The notes under the pieces are model-generated. The model did no database searches. It was given only the letters and a program-made list of their open reading frames with translations, and had not been told where the DNA came from. DNA of 64,000 bases from Candidatus Ghiorseimicrobium undicola (GTDB lineage Bacteria > Omnitrophota > Gorgyraeia > Ghiorseimicrobiales > Ghiorseimicrobiaceae). Shown piece after piece: positions 45,358 through 54,930 of the stretch. Location: positions 10,317 to 74,316 of the forward strand of contig PCWA01000075.1 of assembly GCA_002796125.1 (NCBI GenBank), read 5' to 3'. Both the position numbers and the translations under genes were made by a program. Each line of letters begins with the position of its first letter. Positions within the stretch are counted from its first letter, which is position 1.

Positions 45358-45871
45358 TTAATTTAGCGTATACAGCTTTATAAATTTCAAAATCATGTTC
45401 TGAGAACAGAACAAAAATTATCTTATCGAAAGCTGCCTCATTCTCTTTAATAAAATACAGGGCTGTTTTTAAAGCTATGGGTGCGGCCAGACTTAAAGGG
45501 AAATGATAGGCCCCCGTAGAAATTGAAGGGAACGCTATCACTCTTAATTTATGCGCCTTTGCTATGCTTAGAGATTCGCGGTAACATGATGCCAGCAATT
45601 CTTCTTCATTATGTCCGCCGCCTGCCCATACCGGTCCTACCGCATGAATAATGTAGCGCGCAGGCAGATTATATCCGCTGGTAATCTTGGCATAACCCGT
45701 ATCACAACCGCCTAATTTCATGCATTCGACAAGCAAATCCGGCCCTGCCGCCCGATGTATCGCCCCGTCTACCCCTCCTCCGCCCAATAACGTCCGGTTT
45801 GCGGCGTTTACAATAACGTCACAGTTTACCCGCGTAATATCCCCTTTTACAAATTCAATTTCTGTATTCAT
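45341..45871 (-). CDS. macro domain protein (O-acetyl-ADP-ribose deacetylase-like)
   Basis: [36 protein letters not shown] is the canonical macro domain signature. Overlaps the mazG-like start by 17 nt. Confidence 0.8.
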   Translation of the reverse strand: MNTEIEFVKGDITRVNCDVIVNAANRTLLGGGGVDGAIHRAAGPDLLVECMKLGGCDTGYAKITSGYNLPARYIIHAVGPVWAGGGHNEEELLASCYRESLSIAKAHKLRVIAFPSISTGAYHFPLSLAAPIALKTALYFIKENEAAFDKIIFVLFSEHDFEIYKAVYAKLNEKTN

Positions 45872-45893
45872 GCCTTAGATAAAAATAAGCCTG

Positions 45894-46316
45894 CTAGATT
45901 ACATTGCTGTCCGTCTTTAACAATAAACTTTTGAAGCGCGGATCCAGATGAATAAAATTAAGATCGGGGTCGGCCTTCATAAAATCAAAATCCGAATAAC
46001 CCAATTCTATCGCTTTTTTAAGCGCAGAAATACATTCATCCGCCATCTTCAGCAAAGAATAGCTACAGGCAAGATTGTAATGAATCACGGGATCGCCGGG
46101 CTTCATCTGCGAAAGCTTCAGATCGACTTTTAAACCGTCTTCATAACGGCCGCTTTTGGTGTAATTATCTCCCAAGGCAATTAAAGCAGTTATGAAATTA
46201 GGGCTATCTTTAAGTAATTTTTCATAAAAGCGTATTTCAAAATCCAGATTTTCCGGCTTATTTATTTTTTGCTCCATAACCGCTATATTTAACCTTCCGG
46301 CATTAAGCCACGACAT
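45894..46316 (-). CDS. TPR repeat protein
   Basis: Two or three TPR-like helical repeats (..ALIALGDNYTKSGRYEDGLKV.., ..HYNLACSYSLLKMADECISALKKAIELG..). Confidence 0.45.
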   Translation of the reverse strand: MSWLNAGRLNIAVMEQKINKPENLDFEIRFYEKLLKDSPNFITALIALGDNYTKSGRYEDGLKVDLKLSQMKPGDPVIHYNLACSYSLLKMADECISALKKAIELGYSDFDFMKADPDLNFIHLDPRFKSLLLKTDSNVI

Positions 46317-46441
46317 TCCTTTTTATATATTTTACCCCTAAATAGTCAAAATCCCAAGGATAATCTTGGGATTTATAATTTAAAGTTTATGTACCGCCGG
46401 CTTGATTTTTTTAAAAAATACGGCTCTCTAAAAAAACAACC

Positions 46442-46795
46442 TTAGCCTTTCAAATATTTGGTAACTATATGTTCTATGTCTTTTATTCTTATTGGCTTTG
46501 ATAAATATTCATCCGCGCCAATTTCCTTTGCGATGAAATAATTAATGGAAGGATCGCCTGTGAATAAAACCGCTTTCGCCTTGAGATTATTTTCTCTTAT
46601 ATATTTAATCAACTCAGAACCTGTAACTTTAGGCATGTTATGGTCCAAAAACACCAAATCATACTTATCTGATTTTATATATTCTAAAGCTTTATTACCG
46701 TCATAAACAACATCTATGTCGTGCCCTTTTAAACTGGCTTTAGCCCGTAAAAGTTCCAATAAACCCTTTGTGTCATCCGCGATAAGAATATTCAT
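46442..46795 (-). CDS. single-domain response regulator (CheY-like)
   Basis: DD pair (ADDTKG), phosphoacceptor context LVFLDHNMP, conserved T (LFTGD) and K (SKP). Confidence 0.8.
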   Translation of the reverse strand: MNILIADDTKGLLELLRAKASLKGHDIDVVYDGNKALEYIKSDKYDLVFLDHNMPKVTGSELIKYIRENNLKAKAVLFTGDPSINYFIAKEIGADEYLSKPIRIKDIEHIVTKYLKG

Positions 46796-46805
46796 ATCCG
46801 CTCTC

Positions 46806-47609
46806 CTAAAATTTTACTCCGGACTTAACGCCTATTTCTATAGAATTATTCTTGGGCTCGTAACCGGTACCGACAATGATTCCGGTATAGCTAACTGCCT
46901 GCTCTTTGGATTTAGCTATATTCCAATAAGTTATAAATGGTTCTATTAAAAAATCCATAGTTTTATCTTTCTTTATAAATTTAAGCGAGCCCCTTAGCCC
47001 ATAGCCGCTATTTTGATCATTCTCCAGATCGCTAAAACCGAGATTTGCATCGCTTAAATGGCTCTTCTGAACACCTTTCCAAAAAATATCATATTCCAGC
47101 ATTGCCCCCCAGGACCAGCCATTTTCCAATTCAGTTATTAATTCAACACCTATAGGACTGTAATAATAGTTTGATTCTCTCTCATAGCCGGCATGGCCTG
47201 TTGAAGTCAAACGCCCTGAAGAATCATCATTTAGATATCTATACCCAAAACCTATATAGGGCACAATGGTTGTTTTATCGGATGAGGAAAAATTACGTCC
47301 CAACAACCCTCTAAATTCCAAAATATAATCATCGATATTATCAAGGGTTCCTGTCGAAGAGGAAGAATAATCCACCTCACCCCAGCTAAATCTAGTTTCG
47401 CCCCTAAGCATGAAATTATCATTATGAGTAAAAGCGCCTATAATGCCATACATCAGGCCTTTTTCTTCCATCACGTCAGGCTCCTCATAAGTAATATGGG
47501 ATATTCCTGCGGTTAGCTCAAGATTATTATCTACCGTATCGCTGCTTGCTAAAACACTATTAAAAAGTAAAAACACAAAACAAAATGCTAAAAATATTTT
47601 CCTTTCCAT
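46806..47609 (-). CDS. predicted outer-membrane beta-barrel protein
   Basis: Signal peptide (MERKIFLAFCFVFLLFNSVLA), alternating amphipathic beta-strand pattern, C-terminal ...GVKF. The start is chosen at the second Met to avoid overlap with kdsC. Confidence 0.45.
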   Translation of the reverse strand: MERKIFLAFCFVFLLFNSVLASSDTVDNNLELTAGISHITYEEPDVMEEKGLMYGIIGAFTHNDNFMLRGETRFSWGEVDYSSSSTGTLDNIDDYILEFRGLLGRNFSSSDKTTIVPYIGFGYRYLNDDSSGRLTSTGHAGYERESNYYYSPIGVELITELENGWSWGAMLEYDIFWKGVQKSHLSDANLGFSDLENDQNSGYGLRGSLKFIKKDKTMDFLIEPFITYWNIAKSKEQAVSYTGIIVGTGYEPKNNSIEIGVKSGVKF

Positions 47610-47625
47610 AATGACTAGCCCCCTT

Positions 47626-48168
47626 TCACTTTTCAAATATTCTTACCGCCTCGTTCCATTTATTATGAGATTTAAGAATCAGTTCCGTAACTTCCCTTAC
47701 TGCTCCTCTGCCGCCTTGTTTTTTTGTAATATAGGCCGCGCTTTGCTTAACTTCTTCGCATGCACCGGCTACTGCGACGGCAAAACCTACACGCTTTAAA
47801 ACTCCCAAATCAACAAGGTCATCGCCAACAAAACAAACTTCGCTATCATTTAATTTATATTTTTTTAAAATTCTATCCAGCGCTTTTGTCTTCGGGGCGG
47901 CATCGGCATAAATTTCTTCAACACGCATGTCTTTTGCGCGATGTTTTAAAACTGGGGAATCTTTAGCGCTAAGCAATATAGTCCTAATGCCAAACTCTCT
48001 TAAAAGATAAACACCGAGCCCGTCATGAACATCAAAAAATTTTGAATCGCACCCATTAGAATCATAAATAATCCTTCCGTCCGTCAACACCCCGTCAACA
48101 TCCAGAATAAGCAGCTTGATTTTTTTAATTTTTTCTGTTAACTCTAAACTATTAACTCTAAACTGCAT
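47626..48168 (-). CDS. kdsC: 3-deoxy-D-manno-octulosonate 8-phosphate phosphatase
   Basis: LLILDVDGVLTDG HAD motif I, GDD motif, C-terminal GGRGAVREV typical of KdsC. Confidence 0.8.
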   Translation of the reverse strand: MQFRVNSLELTEKIKKIKLLILDVDGVLTDGRIIYDSNGCDSKFFDVHDGLGVYLLREFGIRTILLSAKDSPVLKHRAKDMRVEEIYADAAPKTKALDRILKKYKLNDSEVCFVGDDLVDLGVLKRVGFAVAVAGACEEVKQSAAYITKKQGGRGAVREVTELILKSHNKWNEAVRIFEK

Positions 48169-49124
48169 TATACCAGCCCCGCCTTTAATAAATCCTGCAC
48201 ATCCAGCATGCCTACGGGCCGGTTTTGGTCATCCACTACCGGCAATTCATCTATTTTTTTTTCACGAAGCAGCCTTAAGGCTTCATAAGCAAGTTTTTTA
48301 CTATTAATAACAGTCGGGTGTTTGGTCATCACTCCCTTGACTTTTTTATCCAGCAGGCCCTTGTCATCTTCTATGTGTCTTCTTAAATCTCCATCAGTGA
48401 AAATACCTAAAAGCCTTCCCCTTTTATCTACAACAGCGGCAGCGCCCGCCCGTGCGGCAGTTATAGACAAAAGTGTATCCTTTACGCTGGTATCAACGCC
48501 TACCTTGCAGTTTGCTCTTCCCTTGCGCATAATATCTTCAACGGTAAGCAGTAGCCGCTTACCTAAACTTCCGCCCGGGTGTAAAAAAGCAAAATCATCT
48601 TTTTTGAATCCTTTTTTTTCTACCACGCATACCGAAAGCGCGTCCCCCATCGCAAGCATCGCGGTTGTAGATGATGTAGGCGCCAGGCCCAGAGAACATG
48701 CCTCTTTTTTAACCGAAGTATCCAGAACAGCATCGCTGTATTTAGCAAGAGTTGATCTTATATTTCCGGTTATCGCTATAATTTTCGCCCCTATTCTTTT
48801 GATCTGCGGCAGCAAATCTTTTACTTCCTGCGTTTCCCCGCTATTTGACAAAACTATAACTGTATCATCACGAGTTATCCTGCCTAAATCACCATGAGAA
48901 GCTTCAGCGCTATGCAGCCAAAGGCTGGGTGTGCCCAGAGAAGAAATAGTGGCGGAAATCTTCTGGCCTATTATTCCTCCTTTACCCATGCCCGTTACGA
49001 CTACGCGCCCTTTGCAGCGCGCCAGCAAATCCACGGCTTTTTCAAAATCCTTACTTAAATGTTTACAGAGGCCTTCAATTGCCTCTGCCTCTATCCTTAA
49101 AACTTGTTTTGCGCGCCTTAGCAT
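48168..49124 (-). CDS. kdsD: arabinose-5-phosphate isomerase (SIS + tandem CBS)
   Basis: GMGKGGIIGQKISATISSLGTPSLWLHSAEASHGDLG SIS motif and two C-terminal CBS domains. Confidence 0.85.
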   Translation of the reverse strand: MLRRAKQVLRIEAEAIEGLCKHLSKDFEKAVDLLARCKGRVVVTGMGKGGIIGQKISATISSLGTPSLWLHSAEASHGDLGRITRDDTVIVLSNSGETQEVKDLLPQIKRIGAKIIAITGNIRSTLAKYSDAVLDTSVKKEACSLGLAPTSSTTAMLAMGDALSVCVVEKKGFKKDDFAFLHPGGSLGKRLLLTVEDIMRKGRANCKVGVDTSVKDTLLSITAARAGAAAVVDKRGRLLGIFTDGDLRRHIEDDKGLLDKKVKGVMTKHPTVINSKKLAYEALRLLREKKIDELPVVDDQNRPVGMLDVQDLLKAGLV

Positions 49125-49948
49125 ATCTTTAAAGCCCTTTCAATCTTTTTAACCTGCTCTAATAATTTCTTTAATGTAGGCAAATTTATTGAGTTTGGCC
49201 CGTCACAAAGAGCCACATCGGGATCATTATGGACTTCTAAAAATAAACCGTCACAGCCAAATGCCGCTGCAGCCCGGGAAAGGCCGAAAACAAATTCTCT
49301 CTGCCCTCCGCTGGATTTTCCCGCCGCCCCCGGTAATTGTACGCTGTGAGTCGCATCATATATCACAGGATAACCAAACTTACGCATAATAGCCAAAGCC
49401 CTCAAATCGGTAACTAAATTATTATATCCGAAAGAGGCTCCGCGCTCAGTAAGAATAATTTTTTTATTTCCCGCCTGTTCTACTTTTTCAATTACGTTTT
49501 TCATATCCCAGGGCGCTAAAAACTGCCCTTTTTTTATATTTACGATCTTTCCTGTTTTTGCCGCAGCCGCTAATAAATCCGTTTGGCGCGATAAAAATGC
49601 CGGTATTTGAATTATATCCAAAACTTCCCTGGCTTTATCGATATCATCCAATGAATGCACATCTGAAAGCACGGCAAGATTAAATTTCTCTTTTATCTTT
49701 GATAAAATACTTAAACCCTTATCTATTCCCGGCCCGCGGAAGGATTTCGCCGAGGACCTGTTTGCTTTGTCAAAACTTGCTTTAAATATAAAAGGGACGC
49801 GCAGGCGGCTGGTAATTTTTTTTATTTGCCCGGCTATTGTCAAAGCCATGCTTTCTGACTCTATTACACATGGCCCGGCGATCAAAACAAGAGGATTCCC
49901 CGCCCCTATCTTTATGTTTTTTAAATTTATCTGCCTGGTTTTTATCAT
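49118..49948 (-). CDS. kdsA: 2-dehydro-3-deoxyphosphooctonate aldolase (Kdo8P synthase)
   Basis: 276 aa DAHP-synthase-I-family TIM barrel. Neighbour of kdsB/kdsD/kdsC. Confidence 0.9.
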   Translation of the reverse strand: MIKTRQINLKNIKIGAGNPLVLIAGPCVIESESMALTIAGQIKKITSRLRVPFIFKASFDKANRSSAKSFRGPGIDKGLSILSKIKEKFNLAVLSDVHSLDDIDKAREVLDIIQIPAFLSRQTDLLAAAAKTGKIVNIKKGQFLAPWDMKNVIEKVEQAGNKKIILTERGASFGYNNLVTDLRALAIMRKFGYPVIYDATHSVQLPGAAGKSSGGQREFVFGLSRAAAAFGCDGLFLEVHNDPDVALCDGPNSINLPTLKKLLEQVKKIERALKIC

Positions 49949-50694
49949 TCCTGGGCTCTAATCCTTTCCTTCAGCCTTTCTAGATCTTCAGCGGTATCTA
50001 CCCCGATAGTCTCAAAATTGGTCTCGAGAACTTTTATCTTGTATCCGTTTTCTAAAACCCGCAACTGCTCCAGCTTCTCTATCTTTTCCAATGAAGATGA
50101 AGGCAAATTTTTAAATGTAAACAGAAAATCTTTGGTATAGGCGTAAAGGCCTATATGTTTAAAAAATCCTTTGGGCATCACAGGGCTGTTTTTATCTATC
50201 TCTCTCTCGGGAGAAGGAAGTGGTGAACGGGAAAAATAAAGCGCGAAATCGTCTTTGTCTACAACCACTTTAACTATATTCGGGTCATAAAGCTCCCCAA
50301 TCTCTGTTATTTCTTTACGGAGAGTTGACATCCCGACACTATTATCTTTCAATAACGCCGAGGCAACATCTTCAATCATAGACGGCTGTATAAGCGGCTC
50401 ATCTGCCTGAATATTTACTATAATTTTAGCCTCTATTGGATTAATAACCTCGGCGATCCTGTCTGTACCAGATGTATGCTCTTTAGAAGTAAAGACTACA
50501 TTTGCCCCGAAACTTCTTGCGGCTATTTCAACATTCTCATTATCGCAGGCAATAATCAAATCATCCAAAATTTTTGCCTTTTTGGCTGCCTCATAAACCC
50601 ACTGCAGCATAGGCTTGCCATAAATATCAGCTAAAACCTTGCCTTCGAAACGGCTTGATGAAAAACGCGCCGGTATTACACCAACCACATCCAT
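49945..50694 (-). CDS. kdsB: 3-deoxy-manno-octulosonate cytidylyltransferase (CMP-Kdo synthetase)
   Basis: VIPARFSSSRFEGKVLADIYGKPMLQWVYE nucleotidyltransferase N-terminus typical of KdsB. Confidence 0.85.
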   Translation of the reverse strand: MDVVGVIPARFSSSRFEGKVLADIYGKPMLQWVYEAAKKAKILDDLIIACDNENVEIAARSFGANVVFTSKEHTSGTDRIAEVINPIEAKIIVNIQADEPLIQPSMIEDVASALLKDNSVGMSTLRKEITEIGELYDPNIVKVVVDKDDFALYFSRSPLPSPEREIDKNSPVMPKGFFKHIGLYAYTKDFLFTFKNLPSSSLEKIEKLEQLRVLENGYKIKVLETNFETIGVDTAEDLERLKERIRAQE

Positions 50695-50698
50695 GATA

Positions 50699-51688
50699 TC
50701 ACCTTACCCCTTTTATGCGTTCAAGAAGCTCTTGCGAGGTCACAGTGGCAACCCCTACTTTGCCTACAACGATTCCTGCGGCATAGTTAGCTATATAAGC
50801 CGCATAACGCGGATTTATGCCGCAGGAAAGCCCAAGAGTAAAAGCGGCAATAACGGTATCACCCGCCCCGGAAACATCGAATACATCCTGAGCCATGGTA
50901 GGGATATGAATGATTTTACCATTTTTTTCAAAAAGACGCATGCCGCCTTCACCCAATGTCAAAAGAACACTCTCTGAATTCAGTTCCTTTAAAATTTTTC
51001 TGCCTATTTTATCGATATCCGATTCTGTTTTTGCTTTTAATCCTGAGATTTCCTGGGCTTCTTTAAGGTTTGGCGTAATGGAACTAACGCCCTTATAATA
51101 AGAAAAATGGTCTACTTTAGGATCTACCGTGATAATCTTTTTATGCCTCTTTACCAAAGGAATAAGCCTACTTAAAAGCCTGGAAGTAACAAGCCCCTTG
51201 CCATAATCTTCAATTATTATAGCATCTACTTCTTTTATTTTTTTATTAATAAAAGCAAACATTTGGTCATACATATTATCATCGATAGAATCCAGCCTTT
51301 CCCTGTCAACCCTTACTACCTGCTGATGATGCGCAATAATACGTGTTTTTAATGTTGTCGGCCTTTGGCCATCTACGACTACCCCGTCTAAATTAATGCC
51401 TCTTTTTTCCAGTTCCGCGACTAAAATATCTGCGTTTCTGTCTTTGCCTGTAATGCCGCTTAAATATACTTTAGCGCCCAAAGAAGCAATATTATTTGCT
51501 ACGTTAGAGGCGCCTCCCGGCATAAAAGATTCGGACCTTACCCAGACAACAGGCACGGGAGCCTCAGGAGAAATCCTCTCAACATCTCCCCAAAGAAATT
51601 CATCAAGTATTAAATCGCCGATTACCATAATCTTAAGTTTTTTAAATTTGGCGATTATCCGTTTTATTTTTAAAAAATCTTTTATCAA
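50699..51688 (-). CDS. hldA: D-glycero-beta-D-manno-heptose-7-phosphate kinase (RfaE domain I only)
   Basis: ...IMVIGDLILDEFLWGDVERISPEAPVPVV... and DVSGAGDTVIAAF pfkB motifs closely match the HldE kinase half. No adenylyltransferase domain. Confidence 0.8.
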   Translation of the reverse strand: MIKDFLKIKRIIAKFKKLKIMVIGDLILDEFLWGDVERISPEAPVPVVWVRSESFMPGGASNVANNIASLGAKVYLSGITGKDRNADILVAELEKRGINLDGVVVDGQRPTTLKTRIIAHHQQVVRVDRERLDSIDDNMYDQMFAFINKKIKEVDAIIIEDYGKGLVTSRLLSRLIPLVKRHKKIITVDPKVDHFSYYKGVSSITPNLKEAQEISGLKAKTESDIDKIGRKILKELNSESVLLTLGEGGMRLFEKNGKIIHIPTMAQDVFDVSGAGDTVIAAFTLGLSCGINPRYAAYIANYAAGIVVGKVGVATVTSQELLERIKGVR

Positions 51689-51689
51689 G

Positions 51690-52628
51690 CTATTTTATCC
51701 CTTCTATTATCGCCTGGCACAACAAAGGCAGCATTATTTCATGATGGCCTATTATATAACATCCTTTTGACTTAGGCCCGTGCGGCGGGCGGTTGACCAC
51801 GTTCTGACAAGATCTATATTGATAAACCATGTCGAAATTTGCCACTGTAAAATCGCTAATTCTACGCTTTAGGTTTCTGGCAAGGTTGAGCGCTTTTAAA
51901 AATACTTCCGGCAGCATAACAGCTGAACCAATATTCACCAATACGCCGCCATTATCCAAACCCATGACGATTTCGCTTAATTTATGAAAATCGCGCAAAG
52001 AACATTCTCCTATCGCTTTGCCGTCACAAGAATGATGTTGATGTATTATATCTGTCCCCAAAGCAACATGTACGGTTACAGGAACCTTCAGCTTAAAAGC
52101 ATTATAAAGCAGGCTATAGCGCTTAAAGGGCAGCTTGGTTTGTGCCATTCTCTTGCCTACCGCCTCCCCAATGCCTAATCCGCTTCGCCAGCCATCACTT
52201 ACGGCGTGATTTAAGAAATCGGCGGTTTCTTTACTCATGCCAAAACTTCCGGTACGCAAGGCCTCCGCCACATCTTCTGAAGTCCTGCCGCAATAACTTA
52301 ACTCAAAATCGTGAATAATGCCGGCCCCGTTAAAAGCTAAACATGTAACAACATTTCTTTTTAGAAGGTCTATAATAACAGGATTTAATCCGCACTTAAT
52401 TACATGCGCTCCCATCATGAAAATAACCGGCTTTTTCTTTTTACGGGCGGCGATAATCGCGTTTACCACATATTTAAGGTTTCTTACGGCAAGGATATCC
52501 GGCAGGGAATTATAAAAATTAAGGAAGCTTGAGTTTTTATTGCCCAAACCGGCAAAGTCCTTTAATATAACTTTGCTTTTCCTCTTCCGCAAGGAATATG
52601 TCTTTATTTTTTTCAAATCTATCGCCAT
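51690..52628 (-). CDS. deoxyhypusine synthase-like (DHS-like NAD-binding fold) protein, function unknown
   Basis: VIFMMGAHVIKCGLNPVIIDLLKRNVVTCLAFNGAGIIHDFEL resembles the DHS TIFLGYTSNLISSG...LVTTAGGVEEDL region, and KVPVTVHVALGTD resembles IPVFSPALTDG. By-eye similarity only. Confidence 0.4.
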   Translation of the reverse strand: MAIDLKKIKTYSLRKRKSKVILKDFAGLGNKNSSFLNFYNSLPDILAVRNLKYVVNAIIAARKKKKPVIFMMGAHVIKCGLNPVIIDLLKRNVVTCLAFNGAGIIHDFELSYCGRTSEDVAEALRTGSFGMSKETADFLNHAVSDGWRSGLGIGEAVGKRMAQTKLPFKRYSLLYNAFKLKVPVTVHVALGTDIIHQHHSCDGKAIGECSLRDFHKLSEIVMGLDNGGVLVNIGSAVMLPEVFLKALNLARNLKRRISDFTVANFDMVYQYRSCQNVVNRPPHGPKSKGCYIIGHHEIMLPLLCQAIIEGIK

Positions 52629-52828
52629 ATATAATGCCTGCGGCTAAATTTCGCTTTCACGGCTCAGCAAGCTCGCTGCCGTAAACAAAATTCAAACCCT
52701 AAGCCTCTTATTGAGCTTTGTACAACTAATGGTAAAAATTCCGGAAACATAAGCGAAATATTGACTACCTTAATGCCATTGGTAAAGCAAAAGTCAATAG
52801 TTAATCCTACTACACTAAACGATGAATT

Positions 52829-53866
52829 TTAACATACTTTTAGTATCCGGTCAACTGCTTGTAATACATCATCAACTTCTATAGACTTAAGGCATAAAAA
52901 ATTATTCTTGCAGTCATGGGCAAGGCAAATAGCGCATCCCACTTTCTTATGCAGAACAATATCTTGACTGCCCAGGGGGCCCCAGCGTTTAGGGCTTATG
53001 CCCGGCTGGCTTCGGCCGAACAAAACGACTACCGGCAAACCGCAGGCTACAGCTATATGCACCGGGCCCGAATCATTGGATATCATAAGCCCGGCTCTCC
53101 TTAAAATACTCACCAGCTGCATCAGGTTAGTTTTGCCCGCCAGGTTTATCGCCGAAGAATTTATCTGCTCAAAAAGTTTCCGGGCTAAAATAATATCGTT
53201 GTTTCCGGAAACTATAACTATTTTTGTATGATATAAACTTATTAAACGGTTGGCCACCTGCGCGAACTTTTCTACCGGCCACATTCGCGACAGGCAGCTG
53301 GCGGAGGGATGTAAAACTATAAACTTATCGTCCTTCTTAATATCATGCCAAGCCAATAAAGCATCAGCCCATTTCTCGGAATTCTCATCTTTAGGTATAT
53401 ATAAAGACACATCTGTAATTTTTGCGCCTATAGCCCTTAAAATGTCTAAATTATATTCTACCTCGTGCTTTTCTCCTTTATATTTGGAATAGGGGATGTT
53501 TTTTGTAAGCAGCAAACCCAGGCGCCTGGAATAACCGGCTCTATATTTTATGCCTGCCAAAAACGCGATGATATTTACCCTATTAGTAGAGTGTAATATC
53601 ACCGCCAGATCAAATCTTTTTTTACGCAAGGCTAAAATAAAGCGCAGGTTATTCACAAACCCTTTTTGTTTGTTTGCCTTATCGTATACGATAACCTCAT
53701 CTAAAAAAGGATTGCCTTCAACCAATTCCCGCGTAAAGGGGCTCACCATCATGGCAATATAGGCAGATGGAAAATTATCGCGAAGCGCTTTTATCACTGG
53801 GGTGGATAAAACCACATCGCCTATTCTGTCGGTGCGTATAATTAATATACGCTTATATTTTTTCAT
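52829..53866 (-). CDS. ADP-heptose:LPS heptosyltransferase (GT9), paralog 1
   Basis: ILIIRTDRIGDVVLSTPVIKALRDNFP N-terminal GT9 signature. Confidence 0.8.
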   Translation of the reverse strand: MKKYKRILIIRTDRIGDVVLSTPVIKALRDNFPSAYIAMMVSPFTRELVEGNPFLDEVIVYDKANKQKGFVNNLRFILALRKKRFDLAVILHSTNRVNIIAFLAGIKYRAGYSRRLGLLLTKNIPYSKYKGEKHEVEYNLDILRAIGAKITDVSLYIPKDENSEKWADALLAWHDIKKDDKFIVLHPSASCLSRMWPVEKFAQVANRLISLYHTKIVIVSGNNDIILARKLFEQINSSAINLAGKTNLMQLVSILRRAGLMISNDSGPVHIAVACGLPVVVLFGRSQPGISPKRWGPLGSQDIVLHKKVGCAICLAHDCKNNFLCLKSIEVDDVLQAVDRILKVC

Positions 53867-54786
53867 GGGTAAATCTTGATTATTTTTCCGAATACTTCCT
53901 CAGCGCTGATAAAATCAATACACTCAGGCGCGCCGGAGGCGCATTCTGCTTTCTGGCACGGCCTACAGCCCAATTCTTTTTTAACTACAACACTTTTTTC
54001 CGACCAGGGGCCGTATTTTTCCGGATCCGTCGGGCCAAATACAGCTATAACCGGCACATTTAAATAGCTGGCAAAATGAAGACAGGCGCTATCACAGGAT
54101 ACAATAAATTTAGCCCCTCCGATTAATCCTGCCAGCTCGTTTAAATCAGTTTTTCCCGCAAGGTCAATAACGGATTTACCTGCCTGATAAGCAATTTCAT
54201 TAGTAATGGCCATGTCATCCCTATCCCCCACCAAAATTACGGTGAAATCATATTGTTTCAATATTTTCTTTATCAATTTTATGAAATGGTCTTCTTTCCA
54301 GCGCTTAGTGCTTCCTTTTGTCCCCGGGGCCATAATAATATAATTACCGTACTTTTCTTGCCCCTGCTTGTTATTTAAAAAAAAGTGCCTGCCTGCGGAA
54401 TTAATATCCGCCGGCCTTAAATAAGATTTGAGCCGGCAGATATGCCTTACCCTCATATGCATAATATTTTTAGAAAAATCAAATAGTTTTGTTGCTGATT
54501 TAGCGAAGAGTAAAAAAGGCAATATCGTATTTTTAAGATCAGCCACCAAATCATATTTTTCATGCATCATGCGTTTGATAAGCATTATTTTTTCTTTTAA
54601 CGGCGCTTTTTTATCGTAAATGAATATTTTTTTAATAAAGGGGGTTTTTCTGAATATTCCTTCTGCCCGGGGACTAGCCAAAACAGAAATATCCGCATCG
54701 GGATATTTATCCAGCAAAATATCCAGAACCGGCAAAGTTAAGACGCAATCACCGATATTGCTTAAAGTAATAAAGAGTATCCTCAT
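53863..54786 (-). CDS. GT9 heptosyltransferase family protein, paralog 2
   Basis: MRILFITLSNIGDCVLTLPVLDILLDKYP. 4-nt overlap with the downstream gene. Confidence 0.8.
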   Translation of the reverse strand: MRILFITLSNIGDCVLTLPVLDILLDKYPDADISVLASPRAEGIFRKTPFIKKIFIYDKKAPLKEKIMLIKRMMHEKYDLVADLKNTILPFLLFAKSATKLFDFSKNIMHMRVRHICRLKSYLRPADINSAGRHFFLNNKQGQEKYGNYIIMAPGTKGSTKRWKEDHFIKLIKKILKQYDFTVILVGDRDDMAITNEIAYQAGKSVIDLAGKTDLNELAGLIGGAKFIVSCDSACLHFASYLNVPVIAVFGPTDPEKYGPWSEKSVVVKKELGCRPCQKAECASGAPECIDFISAEEVFGKIIKIYP

Positions 54787-54930
54787 AAATTATTCGCTGT
54801 TCGGTTACGTATCTGGAAACGCCTATCGTTATGCGTATATCGTGATTATTTTTAAAATTTTTTATAACGCAACCTCTTGACTTTCACCGATTCCAGCTAC
54901 ACGAGCCTTCAACCTAATACGATAAACATA

